This document shows positions 20,818 through 29,153 of a DNA stretch of 64,000 nucleotides, in pieces. Every line of letters begins with the position of its first letter. Position 1 is the first letter of the stretch. Source of the DNA: Spirochaetia bacterium (lineage in GTDB: Bacteria > Spirochaetota > Spirochaetia > UBA9216); assembly GCA_963675665.1 (NCBI GenBank), contig OY776510.1, positions 1,760,001 through 1,824,000 of the forward strand, in the 5' to 3' direction. Position numbers and translations under genes: made by a program. A model generated the notes under the pieces. That model made no database searches. It saw only the letters and a list, made by a program, of their open reading frames with translations, and had not been told where the DNA came from.

Positions 20818-22119
20818 ATGAAAAGCGGACCTAAGAGCAGGGCTATGTATCAAAGAGCGGCTGAGTCCATTCCGGGAGGAGTTTCCTCCAATTTCCGTTA
20901 TTGGGGACCTGAATCAACTCTGGTTGTGAAAAGGGCTGAAGGTGCATATTTGTGGGACCAGGATGACAAACGTTATATTGATTACAGACTCGGTTTCGGT
21001 CCTGTAGTACTGGGGCATGCACGACAAGAGATAACTGATCATGTAGCTGAAGCGATGAAAATCGGTAACTGTTTTGCAATGACCAATGAGTATGAAATAC
21101 GGGTTGCAGAAAAGATCCGGGCAATGACCGGCGTAGACTATGTTCGTATGACTAACACCGGAACCGAAGCGACAATGGGTGCAATGAGGATTGCACGTGC
21201 TTTTACCGGGCGCGATAAAATACTTAAATTCGACGGTGCATATCACGGTTTTCATGATTACTCACTCTGGAATACATACCCGCCGGTATCCGGCGTCGGT
21301 TACCGAATGTCTCCGTTCCTGGTTCCGCAGGGCTCGGGTATCCCGAGATCTGTAGGCGACCTTATGTATTCATTACCGTTTAACGATAAGGAAGTTCTTG
21401 AAAAGAAGCTCAAGGAACGATGGCATGAGATAGCATGTATAATAATCGAACCGCTTCTTGGAAACCAGGCATCAATCATGCCTCAGGACGGATTTCTCGA
21501 GTTTGTCAGAGAACAATGTGATAAATACGGTATCGTTATGATCATCGATGAAGTAAAAACCGGTTTCAGAATTGCTCCGGGCGGCGCTCAGGAATATTTC
21601 GGAATCAAGGCGGATCTTGTAACCTACGCAAAATGTCTTGGAAACGGTTTTCCTGTAGCAGCAATAGGCGGACAAAAACATATCATGGGCGAAGTAGGAC
21701 CCGGCAAGATTCCTCACGGAGGAACCTACGGTTCCAATGTAGTGGCAATGGCCGCCGCCGAGAAGGTTCTTGAACTTATCGAAGCAGGCGAACTGAAAAA
21801 AGTCGACGCCCACGGCAGGAAACTCAAGGCCGGCTGGAAGAAAATTCTTGATGCCGCCGGAGTTCCGTATGTAATTCAGGGGCCCGATGCAATGCCCGGA
21901 ATAGTTTTTACCGAAGAACCTGTATGTCGGGAATATAAACACTGGGCGGAAGGAGACCATGATACTTATACTGATATTATTCAGAAATGTATAGAGAAAG
22001 GGGTAATGCCCGATTACGATTCGCGTGAACCGTGGTTTATATCTTCATGCCATACGGATGAAGATGCTGATTTTGTTCTCGGTGTTTTTGAAGAATCCGT
22101 AAAAGAGATACTGGGTTAA
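20818..22119 (+). CDS. Class III PLP aminotransferase (glutamate-1-semialdehyde aminomutase-like)
   Basis: IPGGVSS, GTEATM, FDGAYHG, DEVKTGFR, YAKCLGNGFP, HGGTY. Confidence 0.9.
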   Translation: MKSGPKSRAMYQRAAESIPGGVSSNFRYWGPESTLVVKRAEGAYLWDQDDKRYIDYRLGFGPVVLGHARQEITDHVAEAMKIGNCFAMTNEYEIRVAEKIRAMTGVDYVRMTNTGTEATMGAMRIARAFTGRDKILKFDGAYHGFHDYSLWNTYPPVSGVGYRMSPFLVPQGSGIPRSVGDLMYSLPFNDKEVLEKKLKERWHEIACIIIEPLLGNQASIMPQDGFLEFVREQCDKYGIVMIIDEVKTGFRIAPGGAQEYFGIKADLVTYAKCLGNGFPVAAIGGQKHIMGEVGPGKIPHGGTYGSNVVAMAAAEKVLELIEAGELKKVDAHGRKLKAGWKKILDAAGVPYVIQGPDAMPGIVFTEEPVCREYKHWAEGDHDTYTDIIQKCIEKGVMPDYDSREPWFISSCHTDEDADFVLGVFEESVKEILG

Positions 22120-22127
22120 TACAAAGA

Positions 22128-22164
22128 GGCTGCCTGTAAATATTTGCAGGCAGCTATATTTTTT
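22128..22164 (+). terminator. Intrinsic terminator
   Basis: GCTGCCTGTAAA-TA-TTTGCAGGCAGC followed by a T-rich tract. Confidence 0.7.
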
Positions 22165-22342
22165 AAATTTTATATTGTATGTACGTGCAAACAATGTTAA
22201 AATACCGACCGTGATATATATAATCCGGTAACAGGATGCATTTCAATTAAGATAACATGCTGCTGTTAAGTGCAAATCAGGGGTATGGTATCATATATAT
22301 AGAATGTACAAACAATCTATAAAAAATCAGGAGGAGAAGAGA

Positions 22343-23851
22343 TTGGGAAACGCAGTTGTTCAATTACACTTTCTTGACTGGGCGATAGTCGTGCTTTACA
22401 TCGCTTTCATGCTTTTTGTAGGATTTTATTTCTCCAGGAAAAAGCAGGGATTTGATGACTATTTCATGGCCGGCCGCTCACTGACAGCGCCTCTTCTGGT
22501 GGGAACGCTTGTATCGACATTTTACGGACTCGATACCCTGTTCGGCACATCAGAAGTAGGGTTTTACGAAGGAGTATCAGCATTTTTTGCATATTCGCTG
22601 CCGTATACGGCGCTATATGTTATTATGGCTGTGCTTGCGCCTAAATTTAAGGAGATATTTCCTGAAGGGACAACGATGCAGGACATCGCTTTCAGGAAAT
22701 ATGGAAAAGCCACAGGAGTTTTTACTTCAATAGCCGCTTTCCTGTATTCAACGAATACAATGGAAATGATGGGCATAGGATTTATCCTTAATCTTGTTAC
22801 CGGAATGCCAATCTGGCTCGGAACAATTATAGGTGCTGTTCTTGTGCTTGTTTACACATGGACGGGCGGTCTCTGGGCAGTGACAATGACTGATTTCATA
22901 CAGTTCATTTCAATGATGATAACTGTCGGAATTGCTCTTATAATCGGCTGGAAAGCGATCGGCGGATATGAAGGTGTTTTCAGCGGTCTTGTTGAGTGGA
23001 CGGGAAGCGTCGAAGATGCGCGATATTTCTTCAGCGCAGGGGCAGGGTATCTCAGTCCCTGGACGCTTGTATCGTATGCGATTACCTCGCTTGCCGTTTT
23101 GGCAGAGCCGGCATTCTTTCAGAGAGTTTTCGCATCATCCGGTCCCAAGGAAATTCAAAAAGCTTTCGCCGCCGGTGTTCCGATGTGGCTGTCTTTCGAC
23201 TGGTGCGTTACTTTTCTGGGCATCCTCGGGGCCGCCGCAATAGGGCTTGGAATTATTCCCGAGGTTGAAGCAAACCAGGCATTGTTTGCAATATGCGGCC
23301 AGTATCTGCCGGTTGGGCTTTTGGGTGTATTTCTTGCAGGCGTTCTTGCTGCCGCAATGTCTACAGCAGATTCCTATTTTCTGGTTTCAGGCGGTGTTCT
23401 CGGTTACGATATCTATAAAAATGTTATCAAGCCCGACGCAACCTCGGAACAGATTGAGAGAATGACCAAGATAGGTATGCTTATCTCGGCAGCCCTTGCA
23501 ATAGGGTTGGCTTTCACTTTTGATGCAATCATGGAAGTCTGGGTTTTCCAGGCAACAATAATTCTTTCAGTAGCGCTGGTTCCGGTATACTTCGGCGCTT
23601 TCAGTAAAAAACCGCCCAAGAAAATTGCCGGAACTCTTTCAACCGGTTTGGGTCTGATTCTTTCCATTGTCTGGTATATCTGGTCGAATTTCTTCGGAAC
23701 ATGGAGCGACGACTGGGAAGTTTATCTTGTAAAGATTGGAAATGTAGAGCTTTGGCAGGAACATGGTATACTTATAATAGTACCGCTGGTTATTGTGGTT
23801 TATCTGATTGCCAATGTCATTGGTAAGGAAACAGTAGAGGAGGCTGCATAA
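22343..23851 (+). CDS. Sodium:solute symporter (SSS family)
   Basis: DYFMAGRSL, YTWTGGLWAVTMTD, FFQR, AAAMSTADS; likely TTG start after CAGGAGG. Confidence 0.93.
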   Translation: MGNAVVQLHFLDWAIVVLYIAFMLFVGFYFSRKKQGFDDYFMAGRSLTAPLLVGTLVSTFYGLDTLFGTSEVGFYEGVSAFFAYSLPYTALYVIMAVLAPKFKEIFPEGTTMQDIAFRKYGKATGVFTSIAAFLYSTNTMEMMGIGFILNLVTGMPIWLGTIIGAVLVLVYTWTGGLWAVTMTDFIQFISMMITVGIALIIGWKAIGGYEGVFSGLVEWTGSVEDARYFFSAGAGYLSPWTLVSYAITSLAVLAEPAFFQRVFASSGPKEIQKAFAAGVPMWLSFDWCVTFLGILGAAAIGLGIIPEVEANQALFAICGQYLPVGLLGVFLAGVLAAAMSTADSYFLVSGGVLGYDIYKNVIKPDATSEQIERMTKIGMLISAALAIGLAFTFDAIMEVWVFQATIILSVALVPVYFGAFSKKPPKKIAGTLSTGLGLILSIVWYIWSNFFGTWSDDWEVYLVKIGNVELWQEHGILIIVPLVIVVYLIANVIGKETVEEAA

Positions 23852-23973
23852 TGGGTTGGAACGCAATGTGTTATATAATGGGCGCTATATCAATAGTCGG
23901 TCCGATATGTCTTATCTTCTGGTATGTCAAAGGCGCGAAAGCTCAGCTTGCAAATCTTAATGACAAGGATTGA
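23851..23973 (+). CDS. 40-aa single-TM protein, probable symporter accessory subunit
   Basis: MGWNAMCYIMGAISIVGPICLIFWYVKGAKAQLANLNDKD; TAATG stop/start overlap; GAGGAGG RBS. Confidence 0.72.
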   Translation: MGWNAMCYIMGAISIVGPICLIFWYVKGAKAQLANLNDKD

Positions 23974-24051
23974 TCCATGATTTAATATCCCCGGAGCAGG
24001 TTTCCGGGGAACCTGAAACGGGCATAGTGCCTTAAAGCGAGGTGAAGAAAA

Positions 24052-25272
24052 ATGAAAAAGGTAATGGTCGTTGGTGTGGGAGCCCAGGGAAGTACCATAG
24101 CAAAAAGACTTGATGAAGAAGCGAATGTTTCTGAAATAATCTGTGCTGATTATGATGAAAAAGCAGCTGTAAATGTTGCGGGACAACTGAAAAAAGCCAG
24201 TGCAGTTAAGCTGAACGCTAAAAATGTTAAAGAGATAATTGCTGCTGCCGAAGGTTGTGATCTTATTGTTAACGGGTTGGCTCCGGATTTCAACATGAAT
24301 GTGATGGATGCCGCGCTTGCAGTCGGCGCATGTTATCAGGACCTGGCGTCAGGTCCGGTCAGTGATCTTGATTTTGTATCGGCAGTTAAAAGATGTTTAA
24401 ACAGGTCTTCTGAATTTGAAGCAAAGGGTCTGACAGCGCTTATTAATACCGGATCAGCTCCGGGTATGGCTAACGTGCTTACCCGACACGGTGTTGACAA
24501 GCTGGACAGCTGTGACAGGATCGATATTTTTGTCTACGATGAAATCTGGTCAAAGAAGTTTATTCCGTTTTGGTGGTCGCCCGAGACCGCGTTCGGAGAT
24601 ATGGCTGCTGAGCCTATAATTTACAAAGACGGCAAGTTTATAAGGGTTCCGCCTTTCAATAATCCCGAGATGGTCGACTTCAAGGGAGTTGGACCGAAAC
24701 GAATGGTTGATCATGAGCATGAAGAACCCGTAACCATGGGGCTGCTTTCAGACAAGGTTCTTAAAGGCGTCGGTGAAGTAAATTTCAAATACGGCGGACC
24801 GGGACTTGAACTGGCTGAGTCACTCTACAAAATGGGCCTTCTTTCAGAAGAAAAGCTTGATGTAAAGGGGCAGGAGATTGTTCCCATGGATATCATTTCC
24901 AGGCTGACACCTCCCGCACCCAAGTACGCGGACGAAATTCAGGCGGTCCTTGATGAGGGAATGGTTTCTGAAGACGGAGTTTTCCTCGTCAGGGTAACGG
25001 GTAAAAAGGACGGCAGGACAAGCCGTATCGATTTGTATTGTTATGCTCCCGGTCTGACGGAATCTTTTGAGAAGGCTGGCATTACGCACGAATCCTATTT
25101 TACCGGACAGGCGGCATTCCTGTTTACCAAGATGTTTATAAACGATATTTTGTCTACAAAAGGATGTTTTCCGCCTGAATGTCTCGAAGAAAAAGAGAGG
25201 AACTACTATCTCAGTGAAGCGGCGAAACTTGATATTCTTGTTGATGAGATAGTAGAAACAAGGCTTTATTAG
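24052..25272 (+). CDS. Saccharopine dehydrogenase / carboxynorspermidine dehydrogenase family oxidoreductase
   Basis: GVGAQG Rossmann fold, YQDLA, GSAPGMAN, HEE. Confidence 0.85.
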   Translation: MKKVMVVGVGAQGSTIAKRLDEEANVSEIICADYDEKAAVNVAGQLKKASAVKLNAKNVKEIIAAAEGCDLIVNGLAPDFNMNVMDAALAVGACYQDLASGPVSDLDFVSAVKRCLNRSSEFEAKGLTALINTGSAPGMANVLTRHGVDKLDSCDRIDIFVYDEIWSKKFIPFWWSPETAFGDMAAEPIIYKDGKFIRVPPFNNPEMVDFKGVGPKRMVDHEHEEPVTMGLLSDKVLKGVGEVNFKYGGPGLELAESLYKMGLLSEEKLDVKGQEIVPMDIISRLTPPAPKYADEIQAVLDEGMVSEDGVFLVRVTGKKDGRTSRIDLYCYAPGLTESFEKAGITHESYFTGQAAFLFTKMFINDILSTKGCFPPECLEEKERNYYLSEAAKLDILVDEIVETRLY

Positions 25273-25315
25273 ATATTGGTTCATTTCTACTCCCTTCAAA
25301 CTCTGTGTTTCAAAC

Positions 25316-25347
25316 CTCTGATAAACCCAAATTAGGGTTATCAGAGG
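25316..25347 (+). terminator. Stem-loop after dehydrogenase gene
   Basis: CCTCTGATAA...TTATCAGAGG inverted repeat. Confidence 0.55.
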
Positions 25348-25418
25348 TCCCCTATCTTTAATTTTTTATTTGGCTTTTCCATTAACATGATTTAAAATTA
25401 GATAATCTTGAATGGAGG

Positions 25419-25526
25419 AATGATAAAAGTATTTCCTTTACTTATATCATTTTGAAGTTTGAAAGCTAAACTGCGTTGCAGATTTTGCTTTCAAAACTTC
25501 CTCTTGCAAACCCGCATCCATGCGGG
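25419..25526 (+). repeat. Dispersed three-hairpin element, copy B
   Basis: AATGATAAAAGTA-tttcctt-TACTTATATCATT; GAAGTTTGAAAGC...GCTTTCAAAACTTC; CCCGCATCCATGCGGG. Confidence 0.7.
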
Positions 25527-25547
25527 AATTCTTAATAGGAGATAAAG

Positions 25548-26081
25548 ATGAAAAAAATATTATTAACATTTATTGTTATAAGCTTTGTTCTGCCGGCTGC
25601 GCTTTTCGCAGCTGATGATATTACAGGCTTATGGAAAACCATTGACGACGAAACGGGAAACCCCAAGGGCGTTGTTGCTGTTTATAAATACCAGGGTAAA
25701 ATTTATGGACGGGTTATTGCCTCTTTTGATGATGATGGAAAATATATCGATGACGACATGTACAGGCAGATCAACACTTCTCCGTATCTGGTTGGCGATC
25801 CGGCCTTTAACGCTCTTACCATTATCTGGGACATGAAAGATAAAGGGAAAAAATGGGGCAGCGGAAAAATTATGGATCCGGGTGATGATGAGGAAAAGAA
25901 ACCGAATATTTATGACTGTGAAATGTGGCGGGAAGGCGATACGCTTGTAGTCAGAGGAAAGATTCTGTTTATCGGCAGAAACCAAACCTGGTACCCCATG
26001 AAAAATTCGGAATTTCCGGAAGGTTTTAAAATTCCCGACTGGAAGAGTTTTAAACCTGAAATCCCGGCAATAAAGAAATAA
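25548..26081 (+). CDS. DUF2147 family exported protein
   Basis: Signal peptide, GLWKTIDDETG, GKIMDP, GRNQTW. Confidence 0.85.
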   Translation: MKKILLTFIVISFVLPAALFAADDITGLWKTIDDETGNPKGVVAVYKYQGKIYGRVIASFDDDGKYIDDDMYRQINTSPYLVGDPAFNALTIIWDMKDKGKKWGSGKIMDPGDDEEKKPNIYDCEMWREGDTLVVRGKILFIGRNQTWYPMKNSEFPEGFKIPDWKSFKPEIPAIKK

Positions 26082-26103
26082 AACAGAATCATACTTTTTA
26101 TTT

Positions 26104-26136
26104 TCCCGGAAGGAGAGTACTCTTTCCGGGATTTTT
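26104..26136. terminator. Intrinsic terminator between convergent genes
   Basis: TCCCGGAAGGAG-AGTA-CTCTTTCCGGGA followed by TTTTT. Confidence 0.75.
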
Positions 26137-26186
26137 ACAGTCTTTCTGTGGGGATAATGCCTGCGGTATTGATCAGGCCTGTTATT

Positions 26187-27359
26187 TTAATGTCCGCCCC
26201 CGCAGGATCCACCGCCGTATATTTTCGTCGGATCCAGTCCGGCTTCTTCGTATAATTCATTTACCAGGGTTTCAACTCTCGAGGGCTCGATTCCAATATC
26301 CTTAAAACTGCTGGTAAAATCTTCATCGGCAAATCCGAATTCCTGCTGAAGATATACCGGATTTATTCTGAAAATTGTAACAATATCCTGGAAGGAATTA
26401 TCCGTTTTTATTCTCTGCGGCCCCCACAATAATCTCTCAGTTTTTTGTTCGAGGCCGGTTGGACTTTTCCAGACAAACTGTTTTGTAAATGTTGTAATAC
26501 CTACAATAACAACGAATATTAACACTGTGATTAAAATCAGAGATGAAGGTTTAATCTTTTTTTTGCCGGATTTGCCCGCTCCGACTGATAAAGCATTTTC
26601 CGGACATTCAGGAATACACTTCATGCAGTTGATACACTCGGCGGAGGTTACATTTTCAGGTTCCGATACAGAAATATTCATCGGGCATGCTTCATCACAA
26701 GCGCCGCAGGATGTACATAGTTCTTTGTTGTTAACAATTCGAAAAACTCCGATCTTCGATACCGGAGCAAGAAATGCACCCATAGGACAAAGATATTTGC
26801 AGAATACCCTGTCCAGAAAAAAAGAGGCTATCAAACTGACAATTAAAATAATGAAACCAATCAGGTAACCGCTGAAAAGTTCATCAGATCCTATATGGTG
26901 AAATGCTGCCCATGGATCCATCGGTCTGAAGATTAAACTGAATGTTATCCAGGTGCCGCCGATTATAATGACAAGCCCTGTGTATTTGATAAATTTCATT
27001 ATTTTATCAAGACGTGACGGCAGATAGAAACGTTTTCCTGACAATTTTCGGCCCAGCCCGGCAGACAGCTCCTGAAGAAATCCCAGAGGGCAAATGTTTC
27101 CGCAGAACGAACGTCTGAAAATTGCGGTTGTGATAATTACGGCGGCAAAGAGAATCATGCTGCTTAAGGCTATCCGTTTAAGAAATGCATTATATTTAAA
27201 AAATGTAAATAATGATTCGAGACCGCCGAACGGGCAAAAAGCGTCAATAGCCGGGTAAAGTTTGATAATGGAGTGTAGTCTTCCCAATACTGTTACCAAT
27301 AATAAAAGAGAAAGCAGTATTGCGAATCTGAGTATCCTGTGTATATGTCTATTTTGCAT
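26187..27359 (-). CDS. Membrane 4Fe-4S binding protein (NapH/MauN-like)
   Basis: FCPFGG, FCGNICPLG, FCKYLCPMG, two CxxCxxCxxxCP motifs, TM helices. Confidence 0.9.
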   Translation of the reverse strand: MQNRHIHRILRFAILLSLLLLVTVLGRLHSIIKLYPAIDAFCPFGGLESLFTFFKYNAFLKRIALSSMILFAAVIITTAIFRRSFCGNICPLGFLQELSAGLGRKLSGKRFYLPSRLDKIMKFIKYTGLVIIIGGTWITFSLIFRPMDPWAAFHHIGSDELFSGYLIGFIILIVSLIASFFLDRVFCKYLCPMGAFLAPVSKIGVFRIVNNKELCTSCGACDEACPMNISVSEPENVTSAECINCMKCIPECPENALSVGAGKSGKKKIKPSSLILITVLIFVVIVGITTFTKQFVWKSPTGLEQKTERLLWGPQRIKTDNSFQDIVTIFRINPVYLQQEFGFADEDFTSSFKDIGIEPSRVETLVNELYEEAGLDPTKIYGGGSCGGGH

Positions 27360-27417
27360 ATATGGACTTTATTATATAAATCATTGATTGTCAAATACAT
27401 TATCAAAACAATAATAT

Positions 27418-27442
27418 AAAAGCCGCCCTGCAGGACGGCTTA
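27418..27442 (-). terminator. Intrinsic terminator
   Basis: Minus strand AAGCCGTCC-TGCA-GGGCGGCTTTT. Confidence 0.75.
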
Positions 27443-27447
27443 TGTTG

Positions 27448-27471
27448 TTATTTATTATACACTCTTATCAT
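27448..27471 (-). CDS. Putative 7-aa micro-ORF MIRVYNK
   Basis: AAGGAGGT-N8-ATG on the minus strand. Confidence 0.35.
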   Translation of the reverse strand: MIRVYNK

Positions 27472-27505
27472 TGTTTTATACCTCCTTGTTCATAAAACGT
27501 TCAGT

Positions 27506-27712
27506 TCAGGCTGTCATCCGCTCACCGATAGCTATCAGTTGTCTGCCGATTCTGTACTTCAGTGCTTTGATGGCATTGCTCCCGGCTGCACTTTCGGCTG
27601 CCTTTTTGGCTGCAATCTTTGCTTTGCGCGCGCGCCTGATTGATTCCGCTTCAGCGAGTCTGTCCCGGTGAAGCCCTGCGGCTGTCTTGTAATCAAAGTC
27701 GCCTGCTAACAT
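27506..27712 (-). CDS. Small basic helical hypothetical protein (68 aa)
   Basis: AAGGAGAGGAG RBS before ATG 27712; MLAGDFDY...RIGRQLIAIGERMTA. Confidence 0.75.
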   Translation of the reverse strand: MLAGDFDYKTAAGLHRDRLAEAESIRRARKAKIAAKKAAESAAGSNAIKALKYRIGRQLIAIGERMTA

Positions 27713-27752
27713 TTTTTCTCCTCTCCTTTCCAATCCGTTTGTCTCTACGGAT

Positions 27753-27796
27753 AAAAAAAGCCGCAAACAACAAGTTAACTTGTTTGTGTTTGCGGC
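27753..27796 (-). terminator. Attenuator terminator 2
   Basis: GCCGCAAAC...GTTTGCGGC followed by a U-tract. Confidence 0.75.
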
Positions 27797-27831
27797 TCCG
27801 GATGAACAACAGGAATTATCTTCCTGAACCC

Positions 27832-27864
27832 AAAAAAAAAGCCGCAATTCCGGAGAACTGCGGC
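27832..27864 (-). terminator. Attenuator terminator 1
   Basis: GCCGCAGTTC-TCCG-GAATTGCGGC followed by U9. Confidence 0.8.
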
Positions 27865-27887
27865 AATCAAGCAATTAAAATAAAAGA

Positions 27888-27956
27888 TTACGACAGATCC
27901 CCTTTGGATTTAATATCTGCTGACACTGCTACTTCAAAATATCTTAGATTTGTCAT
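27888..27956 (-). CDS. Putative 22-aa leader peptide MTNLRYFEVAVSADIKSKGDLS
   Basis: AAGGAG RBS; lies between a promoter and two terminators. Confidence 0.55.
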   Translation of the reverse strand: MTNLRYFEVAVSADIKSKGDLS

Positions 27957-27991
27957 AGGTATCTGTCTCCTTTTCCTGTAATCTATAGCGT

Positions 27992-28021
27992 ATACTATCC
28001 CTTAATTTCGATATATGTCAA
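27992..28021 (-). promoter_or_regulatory. Sigma70 promoter
   Basis: TTGACA-N18-TAGTAT. Confidence 0.7.
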
Positions 28022-28036
28022 CACTTTTTTATGAAT

Positions 28037-28909
28037 TCATAACAAAAAGCTTTTTCCTGTGAAGAAAAAATCAATTCCTGAACCCAATTCTTCTTTTAGC
28101 ATCATTTTTGCCCTGTTTCCGGTACAGTGTCCCGTGAAATAAAGCGGATGATTCGTCTGCTGTATGCGGTTATCGGATGTCAAATGTTTCAGCTCTTCAG
28201 CAGTTTTCAGAATAGCCTGATCAAATTCTGTTGAAATATTCTGGATATCGGGCAGGTGAAACCCTCCTGCAACAGCCGCAAGTTTTTTTCCCGGAAAAAG
28301 ATTAAAAGTATGTCTGATTATTGCAAGAATATTGTTGTGAGAGCATCCTGACAGAATAACAAGATCGTCGTCTCTTTCAATCACTATAAAGATCTCATGT
28401 TCAAAAGTTTCTGTACTTTCACCGTTTTGGTCGTGGAGAAAGAGTGAATTGTCGTTGAATATCGGCCCCCTGTCGGGTATCTCGCTGCATGGAATAATAT
28501 GAATCCCGGGTGCGGGTTCTATTGCCGTATCAATGAAGCTGAAGCGGTTTTCATGTTCCTTTAAAATTCCGGTTTCTATTCCAATATATCTCGCGGTTCC
28601 CCTTTTACTGGTACTGTAGTAAACAGGCCGTTTGCAGTCTTTATGAAGATATACGGGAGCTTTCTTGTTTGCATCTATAAAAGCCGGCAACCCGCCGCCG
28701 TGATCATAATGCGCGTGAGAAACAACACAGAATTCCACATCAGCAAGATTGATGTTGAGTCTTTTTGCATTTTCGGCAAAGCTGCTGCTTTGACCTGTAT
28801 CAAACAGAAAAAATGATTTTTCGGTTTTTACCAGTAACGACAATCCGTGTTCGTTCAGCAGATCCGGTCCCGGTTTATCATCAATAAGAAATGTAAGTTC
28901 AGTCGACAT
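28037..28909 (-). CDS. MBL-fold metallo-hydrolase
   Basis: EHGLS, FDTG, SHAHYDHGGG, GCSH, GGFHL, GHCTG. Confidence 0.9.
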   Translation of the reverse strand: MSTELTFLIDDKPGPDLLNEHGLSLLVKTEKSFFLFDTGQSSSFAENAKRLNINLADVEFCVVSHAHYDHGGGLPAFIDANKKAPVYLHKDCKRPVYYSTSKRGTARYIGIETGILKEHENRFSFIDTAIEPAPGIHIIPCSEIPDRGPIFNDNSLFLHDQNGESTETFEHEIFIVIERDDDLVILSGCSHNNILAIIRHTFNLFPGKKLAAVAGGFHLPDIQNISTEFDQAILKTAEELKHLTSDNRIQQTNHPLYFTGHCTGNRAKMMLKEELGSGIDFFFTGKSFLL

Positions 28910-29114
28910 TTTTCTGTTCTGCCTGTTGTTTAATAAAAATATGCTCTTTGCGGACTTCTGTAATAAGATCCTTAACCACCCATTCCCTGTTAGTGTCGGT
29001 GCCCATTGCAAATGCAGTTTCAGAAGGTTTTTCAATCACTGATTTAACCGCACGCATAATTACAAGAGTTTCATCCTGTGTAAAACCATTAATAAAAATT
29101 ACTTTATCTTCCAT
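28899..29114 (-). CDS. Small conserved protein, DUF3783-like
   Basis: INGF...FAM.T.TN.EW...DLI.E...EH pattern. Confidence 0.75.
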   Translation of the reverse strand: MEDKVIFINGFTQDETLVIMRAVKSVIEKPSETAFAMGTDTNREWVVKDLITEVRKEHIFIKQQAEQKNVD

Positions 29115-29153
29115 GCTGATGATTATAACATAAAAACCGGGGATTATTCATCC

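Noticed and set aside
20818-22119. Assigning hemL
   Set aside because: Family motifs fit, but the context is transport and catabolism with no tetrapyrrole genes
27506-27874. 122-aa version of the small ORF
   Set aside because: The extension runs through two terminators; the RBS supports ATG 27712
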